A DNA stretch of 64,000 bases, taken from Bugula neritina (taxonomy: Eukaryota; Animalia; Bryozoa). The notes under the pieces were generated by a model. The model worked only from the letters and a program-made list of their open reading frames with translations, was not told where the DNA came from and ran no database searches. The DNA is taken from the NCBI GenBank assembly GCA_964035545.1, contig OZ037768.1:4496741-4560740 (forward strand). Direction: 5' to 3'. The number at the start of each line of letters is the position of its first letter. Positions within the stretch are counted from its first letter, which is position 1. The position numbers and the translations under genes are program-made. Shown piece after piece: positions 13,199 to 28,657 of this stretch.

Positions 13199-16100
13199 AA
13201 CATTTCGTGCGTGTGTCTACAAAGTGCCAAATAGTCGTGATATCTATCACATGTTAGAGCTACAAACATTGTCTGTATTATTGTTCTCTAATTCCTGCCG
13301 TCCTATTTTGTGTTCAACTATCACTTTTTATTTATAATACTTATATATATATAAAAAATTTAGACTTTCAACATTCCACGAATTTATGAAAAATAATTAA
13401 CAAGAGGTCATACAGAGTCCGAATTATATTAATTTATTCATCATGATTACATTTACATAATTTATCAAACCTCCCTAAAATATTAATATTATTGTGCCTA
13501 CAACACGGAGTGATTCAAAATTTATTTTGTTATATAGTTTTTCTAATATTATTTTGTTTCCCACACATGTGATTCATCAGATCTTTATATTTTTATATCC
13601 CAATAAAAGGTCAATTGCAGCAAAACACATCTGATTGTATGTCCTATTGCCATTTCATATGTTGTTTCAGCGGTCACTGCAATTCAGTCTTCAATTTCAA
13701 CACATGATAATTTACTTCCTGTTGTCAAACATGTACAAATTGAAAAGCTGGGCTAAAAACAAAAAATTATTGAGCAAAATATATTTCTTACTGCCCACAT
13801 TGAACTATAGCTTTACTGCTGTGTAGGCTAGACTATAATGATTTTAGCACCAAACTATAACAATGGTACTAAAATAATTGTTATGTTCAAATGTGCTCTG
13901 ATTTGCATTATGTGTGTTTTATTTAGAACCTAACTTTTAATTATTGGTATTATTTTCATATAAGCAGTAAAATGAAACATCATTGTTTTAGTTTAATAAC
14001 TCTACAATACAATACAATTGTTGGTTAGTAAACAGTGTGACTTGCATTGTTTTATATACTAGATAAATTAGGATTGTATACACATGTATACCAAGACATA
14101 TAAAGAGGCAGTCTGTAATTCAGATCTCATCATTGTTTTACATTTTAAAATGCAAAAAATCTAAATGTGCTGTTTATCATAGCATTGTTTTTGTTTACGA
14201 AAATCTTGGGAGCTGGCTATAATTATTTGTTTTCCCAAACAACAGGTATATTATAAAGTTGTCTACCTTTCTCTGTTTTGTGAGAGATGCTGCGCGGTAC
14301 GTCAAAATATTGTTAGAAACATATATTGCATTATTACAATATTATCAGAAATTGCACAGGTTAGTAGAACAACACTGTAATGGCACTTCTACAATAGATG
14401 AGAATATAACAAAAATGTATTGATAATTAAAGAGTAGGGTAAATATTTCTATGATTGAAAAGAACATATAGAAACTAAGTTTTTGGAAAAAAAGCACAGT
14501 TATTAAAAATCTTCTCTGAGAATTTGTTTGAAGGAATTCAGAGTAGCTAAAACATTCACTTGGTGTCTTCAGCTGCTAAGCTTTCTAAAAATACAACTAA
14601 TATATAATTATTGAAGCACGTGTTTATTCATTATAGACTAAATATAACTAGTTGTACTGTAAAAGTAAATTAGTAAATTATACAGCATAATATTATGATA
14701 ATGGTTGTTGGTACATATCAGCATAACTGGCCAGTAACATGAGCCAGATCTATTAATTCTTTTCAAAATATATAAATCAAGTTGTTCTAGCTTTTATATT
14801 TGAGGCAACGCCTAGAGTATATATAAGCCTAATATAAAGCAGGTCGTGGTGATGTTAAGATGAACACCTGTTCACATCTGCTCCTGCGTTACAGTAAAAA
14901 GCCCTCAAACCTTGTTACCAGCATAGTCCTTAGTCTACATAAAAGGATGTGTAATAGTAAGTGTTGGTGTTTGTTTATTGAATTCCTTTTCACAAACATT
15001 GTCCATCATTTCCTCATTACATTATGTCACTATAGAGATAAATTTTTTCAAGCCGTGTCTACGCTTTACTGCAATGTCTATTTGTTTCATATATCCGGAA
15101 CAGTACAATTAAGTTACAACCTTGAGCTATGATTCAATACAAAATATTTTCTTAGAACATGAATAACTCTTGAAGCATAAAGTTTGAAGCTGACCAATTA
15201 TGGTTTCCACGCCATTAGTTTAGGTGAAGCATTACTCAGGTTGTTGAATCTTTGTGTTGTGACAAGCTATAATCTCTGTAGGCATGTTTAAAGAGTCATG
15301 TTAGTATGCTGTAGAGTACGGCCATAGTTTGGACTATTGTCTACGTTTTATAGTGTAGATCAGTATTTGTATTCATGATAATATCATGTCTTAATTAGAT
15401 TGCATGTATTGGAAACTAACTTTTCATTAAAAATTGATTTGAATAAACAACCCTAAAGTTCTACAATATGTTCAATTTAATCAGCATTATACCTATCTTG
15501 ATAGTTTTTTATCATTTAAATTGAATGTAATATGATATAAAATAAAACTCTGCATATGGATTAGCACAACAAAATACATTGTATGATGGATAGGTTCCAG
15601 TAGATTACCCACAACTCCAAAACTATACAAAAACCATCAGCAGGGTCTTGGACCAGCTTAGTTGTTTCAAAGATAGATGAAGGTTCAGATATATTTCAGA
15701 TATCTTGCATTGCTGTAAAAGAAATTATGTTCTCACAAGATGTTGGGTATGAATTGTGTATAACAAGATAAAGAGCTTTAGAATTTTGCTGCTATTTACA
15801 GCTAAACATCATTTTCAACTTAAAACTTATGCATAATATATTATATAATACACAGAATAAACATTACATACATGATATATACTTGGTAGATGCATGATAC
15901 ACATAATATCTGTGTACTTAGTAAATAAATACTGCTTTTCAGGTATGGCAGTAATCCGAAAATTCAAACCAATAATTTCGAGCAGCTAGCATCACTAGTG
16001 GATAATAGTAACGGTTGTCCGCTTCATCACAGGTACTGTAGCAGAAATAAATCCAGGATGTCACTGCATTCCATTGTTGAGGACAGTTGCTTATAGCCAA

Positions 16101-17608
16101 GATTAAGTTGAATAGTACTATAATAATATTATCCGTTAGCTTGTTGATGTGTCATGAAAAGCAGAGGAATAGGTTGATGCCTTTAGATAATATCTAGATT
16201 CCATATGTGAAACTAGAGATAATGAGGAGAAATCAGGAAATCATCATCTCACATCCTATACTAATATATTACGGTTGATGGACTTAGATATCCTTTAGAT
16301 AACAGAAGATACGGATTTTAGAATGAAGTCATATAATTATTATATATTTAAAATGAACATTTTCATTGTAATTTCAATAAATAAATCATAAATGGCTCAT
16401 TATTGATTAGTATGAAAACTTATTACAAAACAGACTCCTACATATAAATTATATATATCAATATGTATTTATATTATATCATCATGACATGATGCTAGCT
16501 CCTATAAACCATAACATTAAAATTTACTAGAAATATCAGTAATCAAAATTTGCTCAAGACAAAGAGTAATTGAGAAATTTTATTATATAAAAATGTAGAT
16601 AAAGTTATTAATTTTACTATGAATTGTTCTATTAACTAGGCATGCGTGGCTATTGGTTTACAAGTAAGCTGCCGGCGATCATTATTGAAACTCCTAAGTG
16701 AAAAAGAGCCTTTAATACTTAGTAAATCACCTAAGTTTGTTGTTGATAATATCTGTTTCGTTTGTATCTTGTGTTAGACTACCTTAATGAGTCATACGTG
16801 TCCATATGAGAAATGACTCATGACCGTTCTATAATAATTATACTTCACAACTTTTGGAAACACTGTATTCAATTATCTGTGAAGAAGGAAATTTGGAAAA
16901 CCTATAACTGCATACTATAACAAAACATTCCCATATTTCGCAGCCCAGCTGCACTGTCACAGTACCATTTGAAGCATTGTTTTCGTTGAATTAATTAAGT
17001 TCTTGTGTAAACACATGTAATATAAATAGAGCTTTTATTCATTAAAAGATTTTCTATGAAGTTTGAATATTGTATAATAATCTAGCTGAATCATCACATG
17101 ACTGCATAGCAACTTCTCGTTGTTAAACTTTGCCAAATTTACTAACAAGTACCATAAATTTAATTCTGAGAAGTCGCAGTTTATGCCAGCAAATTTCATG
17201 TAAAGAGGAATAACAAACTAACATTTATTGTAATATTTACATCACATCATTGTCTCTTAAATAACATGGATACAAATAAATATATGTTTTTGCTCTTTTC
17301 TTAACCTCAACCTAAATTTTAAAAAGTTATAAAACATAATTTGAACTGATCTTAAAATTAAGATCTTGTGATTTTCACTTAAACCAACTTGGTTGAACAC
17401 ATATATAAATCTGTGCATTACGTTGAATGATTATAGACTATTATTAATATATTGATTACAAAATAGAGTATTATATGATATAATATAGCAGCACAAAGAC
17501 GATAAGTATTAATTATACTTATAGAACATATATAATTTCTATGTAGCATTATCACTGGGTATATAAGTATAAAAAACTATAATATATTGAAGCATAAATT
17601 GTACAGCT

Positions 17609-19388
17609 CTATTGGTTAGACGAACTACTGTCTACACTCTCCCCATCATCAAAACCTTCTACCTCTTTCACCAAAGCTCTTTCCAGTATTACTCGGCCTT
17701 CCTTATACCTGCAAGCAACAAAAATACTTACGGTACATTTTTTTATACAATTTATCTTTTAATTTATGACTTGGATTACAAAAGTTTGACCCCAAAAAAA
17801 CTATAAAACAGTTTAAAAATGAATTTGAGTCAAGTGCTGTTAGTGCATAATAGGATTTAGTAGAACGAGAAAAGGTTGAGTAAGAATCCAGGCTATTTAA
17901 TGAAAAAGTGGTTATTTTCCATGCTGCCATTGGCAAAATAAAAAAAACTAAAAATGGAATTGCTTCAAGAAAAACATTAAATACACTAATTGTAAGCATT
18001 CATGTGGTATGTGTACAAATATTGTCAGGGTAATTTAGTTTATGTTACTATTTTAATGTGTACATGTAACCGACGTTATATTAGAAGCAGTGCAAACCAC
18101 TCTCTGCTGGTTCCTTACCATTAAGGCACCTACATCACTATTCTATAATACCTCACACAGAGAAACTTAGTTTATTACTATTTTATAGTTTGCTCTAAAA
18201 ATAGAAAATTGGCGGTTTAACAGTAAACAGTAAAATCTGATTGGGTCAGTATTTGAGCAGTCACAATATTTACATATAATATCTTGTCACAATGCTGGAT
18301 TAGCAATGCATAGCTTTATGCTTTAAGACAGTCATCAATTAGTAATTATTTTCTCTTTTCATGTGACAACTTCCACTTTTGTCCTTACTGAGGACTCCAA
18401 TATTTAGTCAAAAATAGTAATGAGGAAAAATTATTTGTGCTGTTTATTGGGCAACACTCCAAAGAAATAAGGCTAAAAAAGCCTGCCATTCACGCTACTC
18501 AGTGTTGCATCATAGTATTTGTCAACAATGCTGTGTTTGTATATATAGAGACATTACAGCTGCCAACCACTGCCTATAGTATACAAAAACACCAACCTTT
18601 GGCCTTCTTCCACAGCAAACTCATAAACCCATCCTAGTTTACAGTTACAGTTTTTGCACGCAACATCTCTCACCATGTGACGGCCTGTTAGCATGACTCT
18701 GTCTTGTAATTCACTGTATCTCAGGTTCACCACCTCAACGGAGAATAAAACACATAAGGAGCCCAGACTACCTAAAGTGCTACTTGTCTCAATATCCCTA
18801 TACAGCTTATACACTAGATTTAGTCAATCAAGAGACATAAATATTGAGTGCTGGCTAGTTTATTGGACAATTGAAGATTTGAATAATGCATTTCAAATGT
18901 AGAAATTATTTCCAATAACTAGTTGCAAGACACTAGAGTTTATCATCAAGCATCATGTGGTAAAGTTTAAATAAGCCATGAGTTGTTTCAGTAGACGTTT
19001 ACCAAAATTAAAGGTGCAGATAACTTCCATAAAGTATGTAAATCATAGAAGCTTACTAGCCATAGAAGCCTAGTGTTGGCAATACATTTTATTATAAGAA
19101 AAATATGAAAATTGATTCTAATGAAAAAAAAACAAAAGTTTAGAAGTTCAACATTTTACTAAAAAAGTTTTACATGCAACCAATAGCGAATTTCATTATA
19201 GTCTATAGAACCAAAATAAACTAAATATTATAATAAATTTTATTCACCTTATGAAAAAGAAATGCCCTGCCAGTGGCTCCAGTAAACCGAGTAGAAAGAA
19301 GCTGGTCTCTATTCGTCAAAGGGGCGGTACACTGAGCACATGTGAATATTCTCTTCCCACCAAGATGCTCCAAAAATACTCGCCCCAT
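17609..19388 (-). CDS. YPEL5: Protein yippee-like 5. Exons 19388-19248, 18733-18597, 17708-17609
   Basis: [20 protein letters not shown]...[71 protein letters not shown]; two CxxC zinc motifs; phases consistent. Confidence 0.96.
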
Positions 19389-20744
19389 TTTTCAGTTAAA
19401 ACTGCGAAGTATAACATTCTTTCAAAGCATACAAATCCCTGTAATATACTATATATACAGTGTTAAGTTCTTCTGTTACTACGTATACACATTTTTGTCA
19501 AGACATGTACCAATTAGCTTTAAATACCCTACTCAGTAATTGAGAATCCTAAATTTATTTCTCTGTTAGTTTACACTTTACAGTAAAAACCTGCTAGAAA
19601 GGTTACTATAATATTATATTAATCATTAGATACTTTGTCTAATATATTAGAAACAACCATGTAGAACATCAGTTGACAATTTGAATAGTTTCTGTAGCTG
19701 ATCATAACATTAGTACATAATATTATGCCGCATCAGTGTCAAAATGTTGCCTCAAACCTATATTGAGCTGTTTACAATGTTTGGTAAGTATTTTGTCAAA
19801 CAATACAAAGGATAATTTTATTAAAATGTCAACAGTCCCAAAAAGATTCAGTATGCGCATAACATATGCTCTGTTAATTTATTAGGTGTTCATAGAATTT
19901 GATTTCAGGCTAGCTGAAAAATTATAGATTGCCCTATTCAGCTTTAAGTAAAAAGTACAGCTATAAGATCAAAAAGCAAATATTTACAAACATCAGTAGA
20001 AAAAGTAAAATGCTACAATCACATTTTAGTTTGAAAAAAAACAAAATGTGTATTTCAAAGTACAAATTGTACTTCAAGTAGTAAGTTTATGCTACCCATA
20101 ATTTAAATTAAAAGACTAAAATAGGAAAAACTTTACAAACTCCTATAGAGTAAGGCTAGGTGACCTACCAGAAATGTGGTAAGTGCTGATTAAAAAAAGA
20201 TATAAATAGGGATACAACTATGCTAACAGTTAACAACTTATTTCAACAAAAATATTAGAATAAACTGGTTGGGCTTTCAAAACTTTGAGTGTTATACAAA
20301 ATTAAGTGTAAGGTTATAATAATAGGTAGTTATAATCATACTGATACCCAGAGTTACACTCGCACTGATTTCAAATTAGTATCTCAACAATCGAGTAATT
20401 TAGTTCTACTTTAATTACCATTCCAAACCATATTTCATAGAGATAACTGGATAAGCATACTCATCGCCCGCATAAGCACAATCCTAATGATACTCACATT
20501 ATGTTCATCATGATGATTGTTAAAAAATCCAAACTTGTACTTGTAAATTAATTTTAGTGAGAGTGAGGTAGTTTAACTTTAACCTCCTCATTATGAACAA
20601 TAATTCAATAACACTACGAATTTATTAACACTAAAATTAGTATTACAATATTTGTAATTGATTTGTTTCAAGTCTTAGTATTACTTAAAGTTTAACTTTT
20701 AAAGTTCCTTCAACTGTAAATATTATTAATTAATTACTATTTTC

Positions 20745-20970
20745 ATCATGATGATAATAATATTAACTAAAAATTATATTATTAATATTATTATCAAACA
20801 CAATGATAGTGAATCAATGACTAGGATATTGAGTTTGACTATAAAACTGACTCTGAGTACCACTATTACCATCAGTACTAGTAATAGTGCTAGTATTACT
20901 ATTACAGTAATATTATTACTATTAGTATTACTATTAGTATTGCTATTAGTAGGAATTACATTTACTCATT
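20745..20970. repeat. Degenerate (ANT)n/(TAC/TAT/TAG)n low-complexity tract
   Basis: Triplet-periodic simple sequence. Confidence 0.7.
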
Positions 20971-21245
20971 TTGATTTAGTTTTACTATCAATTGTTTTAC
21001 ATAAATCATCATATTAGGTAGGTTTTTATACTGCACAACTTGAAATTACAATTAAAAAATGGTGTAAAATAGCTAACTGTTTATTTAATTAAAGTTGGTG
21101 TTTTTTTTAAGTTCATTACATCTATTATAGTAAAAACACAGTTATTCATGATCAAAACATATCTAAACCGATGATTGTTTTGGAAATATTATGTTTTGGC
21201 ATTAGTGACGATGATTTGATAGGTTACTGCAATAATTCAAATTAT

Positions 21246-21411
21246 ATTACCTATCAGAATCTTTTGGACTAGATCTAGTGCGAGAACGATGAAAATTGTT
21301 ATCGCTACAATTTAATGATACCAACACAAAATAATACATTCAAACGGATTAAAATCAGCGCGTTGCCCTAGATATCCTTGCACATTACTTTTTGAAAGAT
21401 AGAAAGTAAAT
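21246..21411. promoter_or_regulatory. Putative bidirectional promoter and first non-coding exons of YPEL5 (-) and MTX2 (+)
   Basis: Head-to-head genes; locally CpG-richer core flanked by an outward-facing minus-strand donor (AG|GTAAT at 21250) and a plus-strand donor (GTAAAT at 21406). Inference only. Confidence 0.35.
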
Positions 21412-21774
21412 CAGTCTCACTGAACAGTGGTTGGTGATGGGATCAGTGATGCTCACAATGAATATGATGGTCCTTTTTCACTTTTCATTTTAATTATTGA
21501 TTATTAATAAATGCTTGTACTTGTAGTAATATAGTTTAGTTTTTTTAAGTTGCAGCTCATTCCACCTCACTGTATTAACTTTAAATTGCTTTAAAGTTAA
21601 AACTTGAAGTTGAAGTTTGATACACTTACAGATTTGATCATCATCATGATCATGATGCACCATTAATTTTCAAATTAAGGCTAAAAGAGTAAAACTAAGA
21701 GTAACTGTAAGTGATATATTGATAACATTCTGATCATTATGACTAACAGATAATATCACTATGTAATATGACCC

Positions 21775-22060
21775 GATGACGATAGTCATAGTATAAGTAT
21801 AACTATAAGTATAACTAGTATAAGTATAACTACTACTAGTACTAGAGACAGAGTATTGCTATTAGTATTAGTAATACTGATTAGGATTAGTATTCTAATA
21901 GTATTAGTATTACCACTACTACTGCTAATAGTAATAGCAATAACTAATATTATTACTATTATAATTATCTAATAATAATACTACTACTTTACTACTATTA
22001 CTGTGTTAGTATTACTATTACTATTAGTGTTACTATAGCCATAAGTATTAATAATTAACT
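21775..22060. repeat. Degenerate (ANT)n low-complexity tract
   Basis: Triplet-periodic simple sequence (AGT/ACT/ATT/AAT). Confidence 0.75.
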
Positions 22061-22901
22061 TATTATGTATGATGTTTCTTTAAAAGTATTTGTTAATAAC
22101 ATTAAGTATAAGCCTAAAAATGTTATTTATTTTTAAATTTATTGCACTTGCAGCTCTAGCTTTTTTAAATTTTTTTTTGTTCTTGACTAGTGACTTGTAA
22201 GCATTTTGGATCCTAATGATCAATCATTTAATGATAATCAATCATAGTAATATTAATTCTAGCTTATAGTTGTGGCTGGTGGATTCTAAAACCTGTTAGT
22301 ACATCTTCATAAGTTTCAGCAGTTATTCAATTACTTGTTAATACTTTCTGATAATTTTTATTTTTTTTATTTTACCTTTTTTATTTTGTGCTGTTTCAAA
22401 TGAGACAATACATGTAAATATATTATTTACTTTTTGTTGTCGTAAAATCACATATTAGATAAATTTGAGGCTAGCGCTGTAGTTCAGTTTGAGAATTTAC
22501 TCTATTGTTTAATATAGAGGTTATACTATAAATTAAATTAACAGCTGTTATTTTAACTATTGAAATTTGTGTGATACATAGTTTTGGATATTTTCTTTCC
22601 AGATATTTAATTCTATATTTAGAAGCCTGCGGCAGCTTTCATTGTAAACAGGTTTTGTTAATTGCCAGTTTTCGCTTGTTTTCTTGTTGCAACAACTATA
22701 CAATTTGTTCTTACTTCAGTTTAGCATTACAATTGCACATTGTAATACATATATAATCATTTGTAAGTGTAGCTGCAATTAATTTACTATAAAAGTTATT
22801 ATTTCAGGGTTGTATTGCTTATGAAAAAAGTTGAAGACAAAGAATTAGATTGTTCAAACTAAGAGTGTAATTGGCTGTGAGATTTCTTCGCAACAGCTTG
22901 C

Positions 22902-25900
22902 ATGTCCTTGCTGCAGAGTGTTATTGCTGGAATGGGTATGAAAATTACACTTGTTTGCAGAGTTTGGTCCAAGTTACTTTGGGGTCATTTGCTTGGCTCA
23001 GTGTAACTTTGACTCAGCTCTGCTGACGCATGCATTAATTAGATACAAGTTGTATAACTCTGAAACTCTCAAATCTTGTTGCTTTAGGTTTTGCTTTACC
23101 TGTACTGTAGATAGTAACTGGGCGGAGGACGCAACTCTGTATTTCCAAGATGAGTTGACAGAAATATCTCTGCCAGACTTTGCCAAGTCTCTCAGCTCAC
23201 GAACTCTTCTGCAAATGTACAAACTGAAGTATCGCACGGAGAGGCGCAGCAACGCCGAGTTCATGTCTCCCACTGGTACTGCACGTTTTCATTTTCTCTC
23301 ATAAGATTCTACTAATACACTAGTCCTAGTATTCTACAGTGGGTTGAGTTTAGTTCTATTGCAATGGTTTGAGTTGTGTTCATTTCTTGTTTCTTGTTTC
23401 TTACGAACATAAGTCACTATAAATTGAGTGTTATAATTTGTTGACTATTTGTTGATAGGAAAAGTTCCAGTCTTTAGACATAGCGGTGCTCTACTTACTG
23501 GATTTAATGATCTAGTTTCCTATGTTAATATTAAGGTATGACATCGTTACTATTATTATTATAAGAAAATATCTTTGTCTCATTTGCAGTTATTTTTAGA
23601 TTATATCTCAAGTACTGACTGTTTATTGAAAAAAAACCACTTCTTTTGCACTTTTTTTGTATTTTGAGTGAATATCTGTGGGTAGCGTTGGCTTCTAGCA
23701 TGTGATGGTGTTTACCATAATATTGTCTTATTGTGGAAAGATACTGCAATATGTTTTGTAGTTGTCTTCTCTTAATCATAGTTTTTTCAACTGTCACTTT
23801 CACAGGTTTAAGATGTAAATTAGTTGTCATGAAGCATATTGTGGTAGATTTTTGACATTGTGTTGATATTTTAATCATTTTGTTTGCGATAAAATCTTTT
23901 AAAAGATTAAATCTACTTTTCACCTCCTGAGTTAAAGAGTATTTATTACACTAGTTGAGTTTAGTAAGAGGATATTCTGCATGAAGAAAGAATAGTGAAT
24001 TTATTTTTAGACCAAAAGTCTTGATTCCCATTTGGATGATAAGGCTAGGTGTGAGATGAATGCATACATGGCAATGGTGGAAGGAGTGTTGAGCAATGCA
24101 GAGGTGTACATAGCCTGGAATGACTCCACAGTAGCCAATGAGGTTAGCATGATGTGTATTTGTGCACATGTAATACTCACACTAGATAGTGTAATGTTTT
24201 TAGCTACCTGTTTGCATATCGTAAAGGTGTATTCTATTGTTGAAAGTTTTAAATCCAACCTATATTTGAGTTTTATATGAAATTTTATAAAATCAATTTT
24301 ATAGTTTGTACTCTTGCCATGGCTGCAGTGAAATTGGCCGAGCATCAGAAATACTTTAATTTCTGAATAAAGTGAAGTACTCTAATATAATTACAGGGAG
24401 TTGTCGCCTTTCTTTTAAAGTACAGCAAACCTGTATTTAAAAGCAAGTTTTCAGAAATATTGTTTTATTTTCTAGCAGTTTGAATTTGTCTACCCTTTAT
24501 TTTCTTGAGTGGAATAATGGCATTCCAAGTGAGGACTCATGAATGGCTTTTTGTAGTGATTTTAAATTTGGACAACAATTTTTTGATTTCATATTTGAAT
24601 TTTTGACATCGTATTTGTAGTGTTGATCAGATATGAGCTAATATGTATTATGGATATTTCCTCCATATAATTATAATAAGTTAATTAATATTCGTCTAAA
24701 CTTTACCTTTGCAACTGATCATCTGGAATAGGACACTAATTGTAGCAGTCATAGTATACAAAGTAGCTTTTCTGTAACTTTTTCAGATGTCTGCTTTGAA
24801 TAGCCTGAGACCCTAAAATTAGTCAATAGTTCCACACTAATGTTGGTAGATCCAATGCTGTATTTCAACTCAATCAAATGGTTTAGTTGAATGTGAAGCT
24901 CCAAATAACCTCTACTCTGTTTACATGCACACGTAACCTCACTAACCTATCACAATGAGAAAGCCTTCACTGTTTTGCTATATACTCTCTGTTGCTAGGT
25001 GACAAAGCCCCGGTATGGTTCCACATATCCTTGGCCTCTATGCCAAATTATCCCATACTTTAAACAGAAAGAAATGATGAAGATTTTGAATGCTCAAGGA
25101 TGGTGCGATATTTCACAGAGCGAGGTTAGTTGCTTTTGGAGTTGTTTACTCTCAACTGAGCTGTTCCTAAAAACATGCCCTGTAGTTTCTATGGTATATT
25201 TTCCCAATCTAGACTAAGAAAATTTTACAAGTTGGGTTTACATCTTTTTTTTGTGCCATTCGAGCAGATTATATGGAGATGTTGACATAATTTATATATG
25301 GAAAATGAATTAAACAATGACTAGAATGTAAAGTTTACTTCATTGTTAATGTACACATACTGATCCAAAATTTCTATAATTAATAGTTGTTTTAGACTGC
25401 TAATTATTGTTGTGGCGGCATTGTCACACCATGTGTTTGTGCTGTAGCCTGCAGTGGCGCTTTGCTGTTCTTGGTTAGAAACCAAAGGCTAATTTCCCCA
25501 CACAGTGTGCATGCATGAGAAGGATTGTCCGTTAACTTAAAGCGATCATATTTAATCCGGATATAGTGTATGTAGAAAGCATATGACGCTCTCAAGTCCT
25601 AAAATATCAGTTCAATATATGTATGGGTGTACCATTTATATCATTGTACATCACGCACATACACAGGTCCTACTCTGGTCAGTACAAGGAACATATTTGT
25701 CAGGAAAAGATTAAGTTTGATGGATTTATGTTTAATCTTAATAGGATGCTGTGACATTGACTGTGCAATGGATTTAATTTTTTCAAAGTTTTAGGAGCTG
25801 TTGAAAACTTGTATGACTTTATATTATTCTTTTTCCTCATAAAATTATGAAATCTATAAATATTGGAATTTTTAAAATATCAGTCGCTTATTGATGTATC

Positions 25901-28657
25901 GTAATTACTTTCAATCTTTTGCAAGTATTTCCTGCTTTGAACAGCAGTTTTGTAGTTCTGAATATTAGAAAAAAATAATCAATTCAATTACTCAGAGAAA
26001 TCAAATGAATATAGTGCTACTGTTGTAATATCTAGCATGTTTGTATTTGAAAATTAATTTTATTTTCAAATGGTTAAAATAGGGTTTAGGATTCAAAACT
26101 AGAAATTGCAATTTTAAATGTGATTCTATAGTTTCTGTAAGAAGAAAATTCGACTATTTCTAATTTATACACGGATGTTATTACTTTTAAACAAAAAGTG
26201 GCACTATAACTTTCAAAATTTAAAATTTTTATTGTTTCATTTACAAAGTTTCATTTTTCACTCTTTTCTTTCCAAAATTTGCAACTCTTTGCTACAGTGT
26301 GCTTTTTCACCATTTTTCTGATAGTGAATATGAGAAAGAAGGCATAATTTTTACTTTCAATAGTTTTGATGAACACTCTGTCTTATTTGTGCCAAAAACT
26401 GATTTTGTGTAGTTTTTCCATACTCTAATGCTTACCAGGGGAATCCTCTGTAAGTGTAATGTAAGTCAATTTGAGCATAGAATTGTTGCTTATGTACTGA
26501 ATATATTAGTTGTGTAAGCTTTTAAAATAGAATTTGGTTTTGCATTACTTGACTTTTATATTCAAACTCCCCTGTTCCATGCCTTTTATCTCAATACTGG
26601 GTATGGAGTGTTACCATGACATATCCCCTAACTAGTCTTAGACAGTACTCTTACTCAGGCTAAATACTGGCTGTATTTTTACCCACCAACTAATTCTGAT
26701 CTCAAAATTTGAATATTAAAGAAATCTGCATAAAATTTGCACTTTTTCATTTCTCTCCTGGTGTAATTATTTTCAAGCAGATACAACTGCGTCAATCAGT
26801 GTTGCGTATTGTTAAGAAGCGTTGCACAATAAAGATACCAGATTACCAAAGTGTGTATCTTTGTTGACAGTTATTGTGTTATTGAATGACAACATACCAC
26901 AAGTTGCTGGCATTAAAATAGAAATAGCATATATTACTGCTCTCACTGGCCAATACCTTGTCCTGTTTGGTGATTGCTAAGGCTGTTGACAAGTGGTAAC
27001 TTTGGGATAAACAGTTCGTGACTTATCTAAATTTTATCATTCATTTTTTTTTTTACATTTTCAGTCAATGGACTGTGAATTTGATTTGCTGCAATGTTTC
27101 AGTACTGCAATTAATTTTAGTACTCAAGTATGAATCGAATAATAAATTCACTTAGAATTTGAGCAGTATCATTATACCTCTACACTGTATCATTTAGAAG
27201 CTTAGCAAAACATATAAAACAATATTGTCCAGTATTAATGATATCATGCCAGTGAGTTATTATTTTACCTACTGTTCTTGCTATTGAGTTTTTGGGTTCT
27301 AATGCTATGTGGCTTTTTTTATAACTCTTAAAAACATTATACTTTCATGAATCTAGACTAACATCTCTTTAAATCAGTGCACTGCTGTAGATTATATCAC
27401 GTTTTATTCATAGTAAACTTTATGGGAAGCTTAGCACAAAGTAGCCCATGAATAGCCTATGAATCTCAGAGGCAAGTGGTGCATATGTTCTTCAAGCTTT
27501 TTAAACTGACTATTTAAGGTAAAGCTGTATATTTTAGGTGTGTGAAAGAGTGAGAAGATGCTGTCAAGCGCTGTCAGTTAAATTGGGAAACCAGCAGTTC
27601 TTCTTTGGTGATCAGTAAGTGCATTTCCTAAATATTTATCTAGTAAACATGCACATCTTAGTGCATGTTATTCCTACATGCAGTTGATAAAACTGTGAAA
27701 GAAGTTTTCTTTTTACAAAATCAGTCAATTTGAGAAGAACTACTAAGTTTACTAGTTTGTAATGATGATGGTGAATACAAAAATGTGTGTTAAATGGACT
27801 GTGCATGTTAAATAGGCTCTACATATTTGCATAAATAAAACTTTCATAAAAATATTTGTGTTGGCTAGTCTGATAATACCCTTCCCTAGCCAAGGAAGCC
27901 GTTGTGTAATACTAATAATATGAAGGAGTTATGATTCGCCTATTTCCTTTCGTATAGGTTTGAGTAGCTGTTTCGCGTCATAGAGATCCTGTTTAGTATG
28001 TAGGTCAATCAGCTATCAGTTTCACCTCTTGGGTATTTCTAGCTTTAGTACGTCTTTCAGCCTTACTTATGTAATGTTGATTCTGGTAGCAAGTCCATGA
28101 GGCATTGCAGCTTTAAGATTTGTTGCATTAACAATATTTATCCTGTTTGTTAGTGTATATAATTACTTGTATCTTATATAAAAAAAAACATTAAGATAAA
28201 AAAATTGAATTGAAATTAATTAAGAAACATAATGAATAATTAATTGTATATTATAGCTGATAAACAAGCATATATAATTAATTATAATGGATTGTATTAT
28301 GCATATTTATTTATTTCAATTCATATTTGAATTCAATTTATTTCTGCTGTTCCCCTCTCTTAGACGGTTACAATCTAGTATTTAGTTATTAACAACATGT
28401 GCGTACCACGTGACCATCTGCAAGGCTGCAGTAACTAGTAATAACATATTTTCTGCAGAGTAACTCCACTAGATGCTCTGGTATTTGGCCACTTGTTCGC
28501 TATTGTCACCACTGTACTTCCCAACAACCTGCTCTCCTCTGTCATACAAGACTTTGACAACTTGCAAGAGCTACTCAGGCGAATAAATGAGACATATTTC
28601 ACTGATGAGCAAGTTGTCTCCCCAAAGATGCACGCTAAGGCCAAAGAATCCAGATGA
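22902..28657 (+). CDS. MTX2: Metaxin-2. Exons 22902-22935, 23111-23275, 23459-23535, 24011-24142, 24999-25124, 27538-27614, 28459-28657
   Basis: MSLLQ..WAEDATLY..RSNAEFMSPTGKVP..EMNAYM..RYGSTYPWPL..CCQALSVKLG.Q.FFF..LDALVFGHLFAI matches metaxin-2 motifs along the whole length; all phases consistent. Confidence 0.95.

Noticed and set aside
13200-17600. Short ORFs between the neuropeptide gene and YPEL5
   Set aside because: AT-rich, no motifs or consistent exon chain; likely UTR or intergenic.
20748-21017. 89-aa hydrophobic ORF
   Set aside because: Translation of a low-complexity triplet repeat.
23531-24345. Minus-strand ORFs of 72-130 aa
   Set aside because: They lie within MTX2 intron/exon antisense and have no recognisable features.
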